Shown in pieces: positions 13,031 to 27,200 of a stretch of DNA of 64,000 nt (its first letter is position 1; every line of letters begins with the position of its first letter). The position numbers and the translations under genes are program-made. The DNA is taken from assembly GCA_051294905.1 (NCBI GenBank), contig CM119372.1, positions 22,508,001 through 22,572,000 on the forward strand, read 5' to 3'. The notes under the pieces are model-generated. The model ran no database searches and had not been told where the DNA came from. It saw only the letters and a list, made by a program, of their open reading frames with translations. The DNA is from Botryllus schlosseri (lineage: Eukaryota).

Positions 13031-14303
13031 GTTGTTTGCTTTTGCGAGAGATGTGCATGTATATAATTCCGGTTGATTTGCAACAGACGGTACCGGGATT
13101 TCAGTTTGAAGAAAATCAAAGGAAGATACTTCTGGACAAAAAAGGTCCAAGGAGAAGTCAAATGACACTGCGTTTTCTAATTCGGACAATGTACAGGATA
13201 ATATAGTACTTTAATTTTGACCTAGTTAAATGCCGTGGGTGGAAATCCGGCATGAAACACAATATTTATTGAAAATTCAATCTTATGTAATTTGGGATTA
13301 AAGAATTATAAACATTGGTGGTTTTGGGCGTCATTACTTTTGAATATGTGCACTGTGTATTTATGTCTACAGTATAAATATATAGTAACTGGCAGTTTAT
13401 TGTAAAGTAGCGTTGTATATTTTGTGAACATGCAGAGTTCTGCATGCCAAGTATGTACAATACATAAGTAATTACAAGATCTTCCTCCAATGAATGTTGA
13501 TGGAAATAGTTGACAAATTCTTACGGCAGTCAAGATATCATCCTATCAGGTGAATGGAAGTAACACAAAAGTACAAGTTGCAGCGGTTAAGCTAAGCATG
13601 TTCTTCAGCGAAATACCTCGAAGGTGTCACGCTTCAGCGTCTATAATCACGTCGCAGGAAATATCTTACGAGTAATCACTCTTCGGGAAATGGTGTATAT
13701 AAAATTATGGTCTCGGATGCGTTAAGGTTTCAATACATTCGATATAAGCCTTATTTACAGAAACGGAAGCAGGCATATCTAGACAACTGTGTCTCTAAGA
13801 TATTTATTCGCTAGACATAAGAAGAGCCATGATTGTAAAGGCGAATGTGTCTGATCGTATTTTCATAAGCGACGACTATAAACCTCTAGACTATTTATTG
13901 ATATTGGCATACCAGTGCCGTAATCTTACAGCAATCAGTCTTACCAACAATCGTACTAAAATCAGATATCGTGTATCTGTGTGTGTGAAGGCTGATTTGT
14001 CGTACCGCACGGGTGTTATTACTGCAATGATCGTGGCACATCAGAAATAATTACACTGTAAATTTCAAACTTACGACCACAGAACATTTAGTCAATTATA
14101 CCGACTATATATTTTCTACAACATGCTAGTGGATATTATCCGACCGTTGCCGACTTGCGAAGCAGTGATGGACGCGAGCCAATTCAGTATTGCATCACCT
14201 TATCCCGAATTTGCGATTTTGGTCCGTAACACCGAAAGTAAAATTTCAACCATATTTTGTTCGGAAAAAATCTTTTTTGATGTCAGTTGCACAACTAGTA
14301 ATC

Positions 14304-14468
14304 GTCCTCCTCGCCACCTTATCCGCGTAAGCGGTGTCTTAGAAAAAGCCTAGAAGTGGACCGTGCTATAAGTCGGCATAGTTGTGGAAAAAATGAAGAA
14401 TATCGGCCTGGTGTAAATGACTATAGTAGTCGACAAACACCATGAATATCACACAACAAAAACAAAAA
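14304..14468 (+). mobile_element. 5'-truncated SINE family B copy
   Basis: Matches the 3' half of the 6362 and 20815 copies and ends in an A/C-rich tail. Confidence 0.75.
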
Positions 14469-15391
14469 GCTATTTATCGCACTATATGACCTTAAAATGA
14501 ACATCCGCAAGAGTTTTGAAAAATGCTGCCTTTATCAAATATCAATAATAATGCATCCATTCCAAGCGCGAAACATCTTGCCCGAGATTCATCACTCACA
14601 GCAATGCAGCTTATCGCCACAACAAAATGGCGGATTTGGAATTGAGTCCACAGATCTCGAAGCATTGGAACTGTTACTTATCATAGGCAAAACAATGTAT
14701 GGAGTGGTGTTTATCACAACTCCGTTTTTTTGCACCACGGACAGAGATAAATCAATTGCGATTGTTGTGCATCGGTAAGTAGACTTTGTATATCGATAAT
14801 TCCTTTAGTATAGCATCTGCATAGCGTCGTAAGCATTCACTTCGGTGGTGTTCTTATGCAATCTATTAAATAGTGCCGTACGGTTCCTTCCGTATAGCAC
14901 GTCTACCGCTCTTGTACAACATGTTGCTTTTGTTTAAAATAAACCTTATGTTACTTCACGTGCAACAAAGCATAGGAAATCCACTTTCAAAACAGTCACT
15001 TCATCTATCACAGACGGTACAAAGGACACTGTCCGTTATTTTGTTTTATAAAAATTCAACCAGACGCTTTGCCGTGCGTTACTGCATGAGTTAAACCATA
15101 ACCCAATTGTCGTACCTGCATGAAATCGTGGGTAAAATTCAAAAAGTTTGAACATACTCACGCACGTCACTAATATCGCAAAGTTTGCAGCCAGTTGCAA
15201 ACATGCCTTAATCGTGTTGCTACAGTCAGGTCTATATTCCTCTTATCCAGTGTTGCCACTCAAGGTTCGTGAAAAAACGCGATATTTGCTAACTAAAAAC
15301 ACTAAATCGCCTTAAAATACACCATAGTTTTGAAATGTAGGCCAAAACCTAAAGTCGTAAGAGTGGAAAGCAATGATCAACACCAAGAGCC

Positions 15392-15538
15392 CTTCTCGCC
15401 ATCTCATCCGTGTAAAAGAGGTGTCTTATAAAAGCCTAGATAGAAGTGGGCCGTGCTTACAAATCGGCAGCTACGGAATAAAAATAAGGATATCGGCCTG
15501 GTGTAAATGACCGTAGTAGTCGACAAAACACCATGAAT

Positions 15539-15614
<76 letters not shown>
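15392..15614 (+). mobile_element. 5'-truncated SINE family B copy with long (ACA)n tail and 14-bp TSD
   Basis: CAACACCAAGAGCC at 15378-15391 and 15615-15628; pure (ACA)n tract from about 15538. Confidence 0.85.
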
Positions 15615-15619
<5 letters not shown>

Positions 15620-16766
15620 CCAAGAGCCTTACGAGAACACATCGCAAATGACAAATTAATCACGTATTTTGCAATCTTTCTATATCAATGTCAATGAATC
15701 AAAGGAAGATACGCATACGGATACTGTAATGGATTAAAACACCGTTGCATAGTCCTTATAGGCAAGAATGACCACTGCAAATTTAAACTTCAGCGTTATG
15801 ACGTAACGTTCTTTTGCAAATAATCTGACCCGACAAAATTTACATCCTGGCAACACAGTGCTATAACGTACACAACATATATATGCACATTTGGTAATCA
15901 TTCAATAATGGGTCCAGTCAACATTAGGCAGGCATCATTTTGCCTTAGTTATAGAATATAGAGATTGGTTTTGTGAGACTTGAAATCCGGTGTCGTTGAC
16001 GGCTAGCCCGGTTTATCTCTGTTGTTGTCATACAAACTTCAGCCGTACTATATATGGAGATAGGATCTCCAAACTGCTAGTGGTGACTTACTAAAAACTT
16101 CAACATGGACTCACGAACATGATATCATAACACCAGGCTGCATATGCAAAAGGCATCGACAACCACGGATTTAATCTCGGGATATTAAACAGTCCGCTAT
16201 ACTGAAAGAAATGTGAGACTGGCAAGGCATTAAACTATATAGGCTTACGACTGATTCTTGTGCTAAATGAGAAAGTATAGACGACTATTAACTACCATCC
16301 CATCAAGTAGGCTATACATTGTGCAAAGCACGTCTCAATAGCACCCTCATTTAAATGTATTTCTTCACGAATAAAAAACAACACTAGGATTGCACAAAAA
16401 ATCACTAGAACACTTGGTCAAGTCAAATAAGACTAAACCTAGTGTAACACACCAGGGGTGGCACCGTGGCACCACTTCTCTCATCTCGAGGTTTTCATGG
16501 AAATGTCTCCGTTCATTTCCAGTATAGGCCTGCATAAGTGTCGAACGGTTGATGACCAATCGGTAAATCCATCGCAGTATCATCGCCACTTTAAGGCCAT
16601 GGTGAAATTTTGTATCTCCGTCAATATTGCAAAGTTTGGATCAACGCCGAAAGTATGACTATTCCCTCGATAACCACATCTGACCTCCCTATGTCAGTGT
16701 AATCCGCTTGTTCTGAGCACGGTTCTATCCGAGACTGTAGAACTGATGATGTGATCTCTCGAGTGA

Positions 16767-19700
16767 TCATTTCGGTTGTCCTGACGCGATCGGTAGATCT
16801 TTGAGGAGCGACACAGACTCTTGCACGATGTCTTTGGCTGTTTGCAGTGTACTGCCACTGACAGAGCGCACTTTGGCTCGTAGTGCAAGTCGGACTTCGT
16901 TATTTATGTTTATTTTACGAGGCTTGACCCGTGTCGATTTCTTAGTCGTCGGAGATGGACTCGTCGGTGTGTCCGTGAATGCATTTCCCTTATCGGTCAC
17001 AGGATTGTTTCTGTCCATTGGTGCAGCACTGGCGCTGTTGTTCCGATCTTGGCTGGGGTTTGGTGATGCCGTGGATGATACGGTGTTCATTGACGACTCG
17101 ACTTCTTGAGTTAGCGATTGCGAGCGTATCATGTTTACGACCTTTCGCGACCGCATTCTTGCTGCTTTGCTCCTCGACTTAGAAGTTAACTGCAGGATTG
17201 CTTCCTCGGCGCGATCGGCTCGAAACTGAAAAGTTAAATTTTGTTTTATGAGTGCATGCATGTATTCGGTGACTTCTGCATATGCACGAATGTGTTGGAG
17301 GGGTCTGCATTAATTTTTATGGACAGTAAATAAAACTTTACAAACATATATTGCTAAGAAATATCCTAAATTTCATTTTATCTCAATAAACAATATCGGC
17401 GTACTAGCTATGCTGGTGTGTGTGTGAATGAATGAATATTTGTACGGAGGAACAAATTTAATGAGATTTCATCAGATGGGCGGCAGGATAGTAAAGGTGT
17501 AGTCTACAACTAACTGTACGTAGCCTACACAACGTCAAATGCTCAAGTTTCCACATGGCGGTCATAGAGATATAACCGTTGTTATTCCTGGTATAGCACG
17601 AAGTACATATATTCCTTTGCTATGAGCTATACCTATACTTCAAGTTGAAACCTGCTGTAGGTTTGAATGTGTTTAAGCCATACCTTCATTGGCATACACT
17701 TCGATAAATGCCCAATATAGTGAAATAGTATTTAGCAACGGTGTATACGTATAAAATATTTAATAATTGAATTATTCGTCGTCAATCATCATCAAACAGG
17801 GAGAAGATGATTTACTGAAGCATCGGTTATCTTTGCTGAGCAGACCGCTATCTACGGTCGGCCGATTCAACGAAATATGAGCTCATCTGGATTTGATCTT
17901 AGATTTTTACGATATTAGGTACCATGTCTGGAGAGGGAAGATTTGGATACTTTCTTATTCAAAGCCATGATTTTGTTAGTTTCGATGAAGTAGCATATAT
18001 ATGACCTTTACAAGACATGATAAGGTTGAAATGCTAATTATTTTAACAATGTCAATTGACTAGTGGTGCGCGGCTAGACGTGCGTTACTCAACGCTGCAA
18101 TAAGTGGTCACAGCCGTAAAAAATAGGTACCACTGCTCCATACTGACAAAAAATTAAATGCGACATAGCGAACAGGCCCTATTCAATATAAATAATAATG
18201 TACTTAAGTTGCCACTGGCCCCAGGTAACCACTGGAATGACTGGCCTTGCGGTTCATTGTATCGGGATGGATTTTTGTTTCTCGCACGACCGTTTGATAC
18301 GTACTGCAGCGCAATTCCTAAAATTCGGTCACAGTGCCGAGGGATATAACTGATACATTTATATACTCCCGTCAAATCTACCGCAGTCACTATACAGGAC
18401 CTCACGCATATAAGTTGCGACATTTTCATGGAGTGAGAAACGGTAATACCAACTTCGCCAAATCCATTCGCATCATTGCTATGTTGCATATTCACTGATT
18501 CGGAATTATAAAAAATCAACATTGTAAAAGTAGCAATGATGATAATATTTTTATATGTTGATGCGTATAATCGGCCACATTATGCGTATATAGAAGTTGC
18601 ACACATAGACGTATAGATTGGATAAAAATGTGAAGGTACCGAGAAAAATTGCAAGAAAAAATATTTTGTAACATTGACGGGGTTGCATCATGTGACAGTT
18701 AAAGTTAGAAAGACGGCACGCTACCTTCTCCAGTTCCATTTGCGCTCGGATCTGTCGGGCAGCTTCGAATGCTGTCTGTGCAGCTTTTTTCCATTCCGCT
18801 ATTTGTTTACTCATAAGACGCGATACCGAACCTTCTAAAGTGATCTTCGACGACAGTTCAGTATTCTGTTACGTACGAAATTTCGTTAAAGACAAAATAC
18901 GGTTTGAAGTTTACCAATAACTCACTTGCTGCGCCATATCACGATCCACCAAGTCAGTCAATCTCTCTTTCGTTGGCGATACAGAAGTAGTGGCACTACT
19001 TGATGCTGCACGAACTGTAGTTTCATTCATAGACGAACAGCCCTCATTAGATGTACTCCTTTTGTAGCTGCAGTAACCACCGATACCACTCTTAGCAAAG
19101 TCCGACTCCGCACTGTCTAACGCGATAGATTTTGAGGCGGGCTCTTCGGTTAAGTAAAATGGCGACGCACGTTTGCTAGAACCGACTGCTTCAACTGAGA
19201 CCGGTGAAGTAGTAGTGAGCGTGATGAAAACTTTACGATTCGTGTTAGCTCCGGTTATTTTCGGACTGATCGACATTGTAGGAATCGTTGACAATTCTTG
19301 CGTTGAAATACCTGCAGGGTGTTCGTTATGAACAGTGGCAACTGAATCAGAAGAAGTAGTCAAGAATTGGGCTATGATCGCGTCGTCAGATAGTAGGTCA
19401 TTTTGATAGCATGACGACAATGCATCGCCGACTGCCTCCGTTAATGCTTTTTCTAATAGAGCAGCATCATTGTCTGCAATCCCTCCTGTTTCTTTCTGAA
19501 AGCACATTTCTGAATTCGGAGTCATTACAGTATGCGGTTGCTCGCAAGTTCTCTCTTGATCTGGGGAATGCATAAAGGTATTTTCTCTAGTCGAATTGTC
19601 AGTTCCTAAATCCTCCACCGGCAGTGAACAGGCGTCGTCTTCACATAACCCGTCCACTTGGTAGAGTTCTTCTAATTTGTCGTCGTACTGAAAATCGGAC

Positions 19701-19780
19701 GCTGGATAAGCCGCCATTTCAAGCTGCCAAAAGGGTCTGGTAGGAATAATCTCTTCGAAATCGACGCCGCAATTAGACAT
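16767..19780 (-). CDS. Uncharacterised protein, 3 coding exons, about 484 aa: acidic/Ser-Thr-rich N-terminus, central coiled-coil-like segment, basic C-terminus
   Basis: Exons 19780-18926, 18865-18725 and 17225-16767 join at phase 0 with GT-AG sites (MAQQ|NTEL...ELEK|FRAD). An acceptor-like ttgcag just upstream of the ATG suggests a further 5' exon. Confidence 0.75.
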
Positions 19781-20814
19781 ACTGCAACAAGTCAAGTCAA
19801 TATAAATTCACAGTGGATCATAAAATAATCGAAGTTGTAGTCATCAGACCGAATCCCTTATTAAATGGATCATTTTGTACGAGTTGAACGTATAATAACG
19901 CCACATTTTTTCCTCGATTGCTTTCACGTGACGGTGCGTGTGGTATCATTTTTGAGCAACATAACTTTTGAATCTAGCGCGGGAACCAGCTGATTCGTCC
20001 ATATTTTTAGAAATCGACTTTTTATTAACTAAATCCGCAAGTATATGAATAGCTTTTCGTTCTATATTAAGGCAGCTGTAGCATAAAAATAGAATTCGCG
20101 ATATCTGCAGGATATCTATATCACGGGTTCTGACGTCAAACGGTGGCCTTCGGCGACATTTTCGATATCGATCGCTTGAGGATTAAAAACGCGACATTGT
20201 TTTGTACTGTTAGTCGGATCAATGTTGTAGCCTCGAGTGTTTCACGAGGCAGTGACTTCACTTTGCAAGATATCGGATAAGCATTCAGACACGCAACAAC
20301 AATGCGTATATACTAATGAACCAGTGCTCTCATCGGTCTCATGTCGTATTATTATCAACACCGCCATCATCACTTGACCATGAATCACAAATAATGTTTG
20401 TGCACGATATCGACTTGCATATAAAGTCGTATCGTTTGGATTTTATTAATCAACATCGGTACATTGCAAATCTCTAACAAAATTGCAAAGATAAAACCCT
20501 GGAAAATGCTGTTATCACGATCCAGATGCATATTTTCAGTCCTTCTGTGGTATTGCCCTGAATATTTTATTTTAATGAGCGTAATTGAAATTCCAGAATC
20601 CTGCCAGGGACATCAGGAGACATCTGGGGTTACTCCAGATTAGTTGAGGACTAATGGGCCAATAAGATGACCATCGCCCGAAGTAGCAGCTGGACATTGA
20701 AAACAATACTAATGGGATTTCATGTCTTCAGCACTTTTTGAACTGCTCAAACAAGTTTCTGCCTTCACCCGGAGCTGTCTTTATTTACGCTAGAAGTAAC
20801 TACGGGTACATTGT

Positions 20815-21057
20815 GGCGAGTTAGTGTATTGTGGTATAATCCACAGCTGCAACACCAGTGGTTGTGGATTCGAATCCGACCGAGGTCGACTTTGGAATTT
20901 CTACCCAACTCTTGGAGGTTGTTGGAGGTTTTTCTTGGTTCATTCGCGTAGGCGGCGTCTTATAAAAGCCTAGAAGTGGGCCGCGAAATAAGTCGGCAGA
21001 ATATCGACCTAGTGTAAATGACCATGGTAGTCGACAAACACCATGAATACAACAAAC
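20815..21057 (+). mobile_element. tRNA-derived SINE family B (full length)
   Basis: Colinear with 6362-6630, including A/B boxes and a CAA-type tail. Confidence 0.8.
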
Positions 21058-21384
21058 AGACACACTACGGGTGCATTGGATCTCACAGGAACGTGGTAGT
21101 AAGAACTGATGTATTTGACCAACTCAATACGGGCCACTTTTCAAATTTCGTTTAGGCCGCGGGCCGCAAGAACTGGATATTGAGAAAAATAGGCTATACT
21201 GTTACGTCGGTATACAACGCTCACGCTGTGATCTCTAACATGGGCGACAGGTATAGTTACCACAAAACAAGTAATATTTTATCAAATATATACAAATCCA
21301 ACAAAAATATCATGATCATCAATTTGATATTATTTTGAATTATGAGCTGCGCACGATACCTGACCGCGCTTTTCAGCGACTATA

Positions 21385-21762
21385 TAAAGAATCGATATTG
21401 GGGCTAGCGAGACACGGTACTAGCTGAAATACTATCTCCTTGTAAAGCTTGATCTAGTGGGGAAGCCCTAAGCCTTTTCTTAGCGTCTCAGTCTTGATAG
21501 TGTCTAGGACCTAGGTCATTACACGTCAAGAGAATATGCCCACTGATATCCGCTAATTCTTCCTCCATGGACTACTATTACCATCGCCGATGCCCTATCA
21601 GCTAGTTGGGAATAGTGCTGTAGAGCACATCAGGAGAGTAGATTATTTTGAACAACAACAGCAACAACAACAACAACAATATTTTTAAACTGAAATCAAC
21701 TTCAGCATTTCAAAATGCAATTGCAAAATATGACCTCTCGGGCCGCATGTTGGTGACCCCTT
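21385..21762 (+). repeat. hAT-type non-autonomous element; uninterrupted paralog of the repeat into which the Harbinger inserted
   Basis: Colinear with 55-148 joined to 4850-5146; ends gggccgcatgttggtgacccct. Confidence 0.8.
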
Positions 21763-24274
21763 GTGTAGCTTATACTGCATTGCAAAGGCGAAGCGAAAGC
21801 ACCTCTCAAAGTTCAGTCATGACTGCATGAAAAGTATGCTACAATGGTATTATGCCAAAGCGTCCCCAACTCACATTTCACCAGAATTGGAGATTACAGA
21901 AGTCATCTTTTGGTTGTCGGTGCTTACTCCTATACACCACAAAGAAGTGCATTACAAAATATTGACGGCAGATTTTATTCATATACCTAATCAAGTCTTG
22001 AGTTGTTCGACTACACGAATGCCGAGAGTAGGCTAGTAATGATTACTTAGTAAATCGTTCCAACAGAAGTACAATTTGCTTGAGTACAATATTGACCTAT
22101 AAAACACTTGTTAGGCCACGCTTGATAATTTCTATACGTTTACGATCTATTATTAGACAACAAATTACATTGATGCCGCAGTAGAACATTGAAGCATAAA
22201 TAGCTAAAAATAGATAGCTGCTACAAATAGGAATAATACTATTATGCCAGTCCTCTGACCATTTGGACCTTAATCCGACATTATTTTCCGGATATACACC
22301 TATTAAAAGTTACAGTAACAGTGTTTGAAATGTCAACCATAGATCAAGAGATCGCGGTTTATTAAAACAAATATAGACTTCGACGATATCGAGATAATCA
22401 CTATCTTTGCGATTTCCGCGATTACTATCTAAGATATATCCTACAACAACCGACGACAGCATACTATATTAATGGATTACATTTTTGCTTAGGATGTTCG
22501 TATAGTCGAAAGACGAAAGAACTTCATATTGGTAATATAGTCATTAAAAGCTTTTCGTCTGACTGTGAATTGTTAGTTCATGTTGTATAACTACTTCGAT
22601 TTTTGGAGGGGTATCAAAACCAAACTAAAAAATCTTGTGACACTTGATCGTGCGAAGCACGAAGACAAATTTAGAGTTGAATATATCTGCCCACAAATAT
22701 TCTACTTCAATTCCACTTTTATCTGCCCACTATTATTTACAAAATAATCTTGGAAATAATTAACATGATTGTGAAAATATAATAAGCGTAAATCATCGAC
22801 TTAGGAAAGATGCATGCTTTATAGCTTTAATTTTCTGACAAATATTACACTCTAAAACGATTCAATGACATCAGCTCATGTCGTAACTCTGTTTTCACTC
22901 ATCTTGGAATACTCGATACTGATTTGAGGGTTAATTGGAAGAATTTGAACCTAGTATTCGGGTTAAGTATGTAATGTAGGCCTACTCAGAGAGAACAACC
23001 CTAATTCCCGGAACGAGTTTGAATGTTCACTGAAAAAGCCGTCAGCCATCACTCCATCACCTGACGTGATCGCCATCGTATACGGCTGTGGACATATGAT
23101 GACTGCCTTTATGGAAAGGGTCGTATACTCGTATATGACCATTTTAGAAATAGCCAAGTAAGCCGTTTAGGTCGAGTTAACAGTCTTGAGACTGTGAAAA
23201 TGTAATTTTTCAATATTTTAGCAGTTTCTTCACCGCAGCACCGAAAATTTATTACCCAAGGCGTCATGGGTTCATTGGAGTGATAACATAAGATTTCATA
23301 CATTACATTTCTGTAACGTGGCGACTGCAACATTATTTATAGGTCTCTAGACATCAATCATATTTTGAAATGCCAGATAGGCCACATTTTAATTCAATAT
23401 GTTCTGATCATTCAATAGTAGGCTACAGTATAGTTACAGTTCACATCATCACAATGTTAGGAAATGAGGAAAGATGCTGAACGTTTAGCCAGACTAAGCT
23501 ATATTCAGACCAGTCGTGTCCTGATATCAGCGTAGCATGTAGGGATTATCTGGTCGACTTTTAAAAGTGTAGGGGGGAGCATCTTACCAATGTTTTACTC
23601 AGTTCCACCGATCACTGCCAACGTATGTGATCGACTATATACAATGCACGCATTCTAACCACACAGCATTCAATATCTTTTATAGCTCAAACCAAATTTC
23701 ACGATCTCGCTTCAGTGTAAAGCGAGTCCGAAGCGGTTTATCAATTGAATGTCTTATTTATTAGGAAGATGTAGATTGTGGGTTACGGAAGTAGGCCTAC
23801 TCCTAAATACCAGGGCTATTGAGCCAACTCTTAGCATTCCAATCCGTCTTGACTGGATTTACAGTGGGACACTATGACTGACTGATCACAGCAAACCTGT
23901 AATTTAATCTGAGTCAAATTCTTCCTTGTCGCAATCGCATAACGATTTCGACGAAAACAATCAATTTCTTTATGTAAATTATTGTATGTAAATTATTATG
24001 ATGGTGTTGATGTTACAAGTTGTATGTATAGATCGGTGTGTTCGTTAATCGTAAGACCTCCATCCCGAAACCAAGCAATTATCGTCCAAGAGGTCGCAAA
24101 ATGTTGACAAAGGTCTCAAGACACGAACGAAACAATATCTAATTGCTCGTCACTGTTACTATATTTGTTTCGTTGATTTTCATACTTTCGCGTATCTTAA
24201 TTAAAAAACATACAGTATCTTCAACCTGGTTGAACGGAGCCGTGATAAAATGTCGGTCCGGATGCGTTTATAAT

Positions 24275-27200
24275 TTACACGCAATTCCGAAACGACTTGC
24301 TGTGCTGAGCGCGTCTGATACTAGGGCTCGGAAATTTTCTACTCATTTCGTGGAGTACTTTTTGCTCGAAAACTCTCTTGCGAAGATGTATACCTTTCTC
24401 TCTCACCACATCCTCCAGGACCTGTGAGTTTCGGATGTCGTTTTTGTAAGTTTCGGTGCGAAAGCGGTGTATATTAAAAGATGTGACTTACTTTCTTTTT
24501 GTAATTCTTCCAGCCGACGTTCACCATCCATAAATCGAAAGCTTGCTTTTGCGTGAGCATCCTCGCACTCGTGTGATTCACCATGTCGAGAATCGTTCCG
24601 ACATTCCGTATGTCACCCGTCCCGGAAGAATCTGCTCGGTTATGTAGGGTCGTGATACTTCAGAGTGGCATGTTTTAACTGTGAATCCAGGGATACCTAG
24701 AACTACGGAGTTCTAGATATCCCTTCTTTTCATCTCACCTAGTCTTTCCAGAGATACGATCACGTGTCTGGGGAGTACTAAGCATTCTACTCTGCCAAAG
24801 GCCATGATGAAAGCGTCCGTCATATCTTCCCCTGCTCCGAAATAATCTCCCGGCTCAAGCGTACCTGCTCATAAGAGACACATCATACATACGACATCAT
24901 ACATAACAAAAATGCAATTCGGTGAAATGCGATACATGTTATGCAAGGTATATATAGACGAGAGGTTTGATATAAGAAGTTCATCAATGCCGAGCAATCC
25001 AGGCCAGGAGCAACCTATCACAAAGAATAACGTGTTTATTTATTTATTTATTCATAGAGTTCTTTAGTTAAAGAAGAAAACAATGCATGCGCGATCTTAT
25101 TCACCACAAGAATAGTAGTTAGTATATCACAAATTATAAATAGAGCAATTACAGTTCATAACAAATTACAAAGAGCATCTCAATAGGTGGTCAAAGTAGT
25201 CAAGAAAGCTACTCAAGTAGAATTAGAAGTAGCGACGAAAACATCTACTCGAGTACGAGTAGAATTAGTCCTTTTAAAAGCAGCCGAAAACTACTTGAAG
25301 TAGAAGTAGAATTGACTGACTTTATATCTACTCAAGTGAGTAAGTAGTTGTCAAAACGATCGTAATTCGTTCGCATAGACTGCGGAAAGCTGCTAATTGC
25401 GCTATCCGAAAGGTGCAAAGAGCTTGATTCATACTGATACATCGCAGGAAGTATAAATTTTCGACAGCATAAGCATTCGTCCGCATCATGGGAGTAAAAT
25501 GATGGCATTGATATGGGAATGCGATACTAATCCTCTGTTTACTCGAACATCCCGATTTAGAAAATATCATGGTATGGCGCCCTCTCCCAAGGCCCATTAG
25601 TTTGGTTGAAGAGCAACACGGAGAAGGGGTGTTGGATACGGTGTTAACACTTTGCGCGATTAGTACACGTAAATTAAAAAATTGGCTGATCGTAAAAATG
25701 CCCTATATAGTGTGGCTTTATTTTCAAAAAAATAGAGGCATTACTACACTTGCTTTTATACTTCAATATGTATGTTCTCCAGACGAAAGAACTGAAACTA
25801 ATTAGAACTCAAAGTATGATACTGGGAATTGGAAGAGAAATACAAATACTACTTCTATAAAGCGGAAAATATATTTCATGTCTTTTGCCCAGAAAGTTTC
25901 AACAGTGGTCTGCTAAAACAGGTGTAAAGCTTAAAAAAAAGTCAGAGTCCACTTTTCCAGATTAGGACACGCCATGAGCTGCTAGATTACAATATGATAG
26001 GTAAATGTTAGATTGCGAAATTGTAGTTTCGAACGCAAAAACATGCTATCTAAAATATTATATCAAATATATTGCGGGGTATATACACGGGTTCGAAAAT
26101 ATATATCTGGCATATGAGCTTGTTCGCATTCACAGCCAGATATCGAATGATACAATTAAATTTGCTGAAGTGAACGAAAGTATTAAAAAAATCTCCGCTT
26201 CATTTGGCTGGTGGATATAATCCGAATGATTCACTTCAACTATAAATAATGTCCGTGTAAAGCGTCAATGCTATTTAGTAAAGTTAATTTGCATATAGGA
26301 TGTTGAATTTGAAAGAAAATCCTAATGATATGTTTTTTTTTAAATAATTGTATGTCATTATGAGTCAAATAGTAGTCCATGGCCTGAGTGATTGGAATTT
26401 CAATTCGACATGCCTCTTTGTCGACTCATATATTCAAAGAAGAAATTATTTACAGAAGCAATGTTATCACTGTTTATGATATAATATAATATATAATTAT
26501 ATATGTTATAGGAAATAAGAAAGGTGTGAGACTTCGGCCCATCTTCGTGATCGGTATGAGCCTTGGCGGTGGAGGTTTGCTTTCACAAAGAAAAAATCGA
26601 ACTGCCAAAAATAAAAACTATAAAATGCCAAAAATATGGCTTTTTGAAAATATAGATTTTTATAAAAGTTTTAGATAGAAATGTCAGCAAGTATTGAAAT
26701 GAGTCTGCATAAAGCCACAATACAAGTGTGTAACGCTAAATTCCTAAATTGAGGTCCGTGAACCCTTCGGAAGGCCGCGGTTTACCGTCCAAGGGATCTA
26801 TGTTATGCAAATGAAAATCTTAGGGTCGAGGGCAAAAAGTTGAGTGCTGAAATCTGGATTTACGATATACTGTGGATGGATCAACCAGGGTAGCAAATGA
26901 TATCCAGCAATGAGGGATGTAGCTCAATGACGAGGTATTTTCCTGTTGTCACTGCTCGTGCGTTTTGTTACCTCATGTAGCCGACACGCGCCACCCATGC
27001 TGCATCTATGCTTAATGCCTATGCGTATATATAATTCCATTTGCTTTCAACTTTTAATGAAAATGTCAGCATGTGGTGCAATCACTAATAAACTGTGTCC
27101 CGTTGGACAATAAGGATATATATAGTTTCATCAATGAACAATTGAACATACACACGTACACAGCGCAAAATGCCTCAGTCGCCAAGAAGTAGGCTAACCC

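Noticed and set aside
15457..15663. Poly-valine ORF
   Set aside because: Antisense translation of the (ACA)n SINE tail.
16801..17182. Plus-strand ORFs
   Set aside because: Antisense shadows of the last exon of the minus-strand gene.
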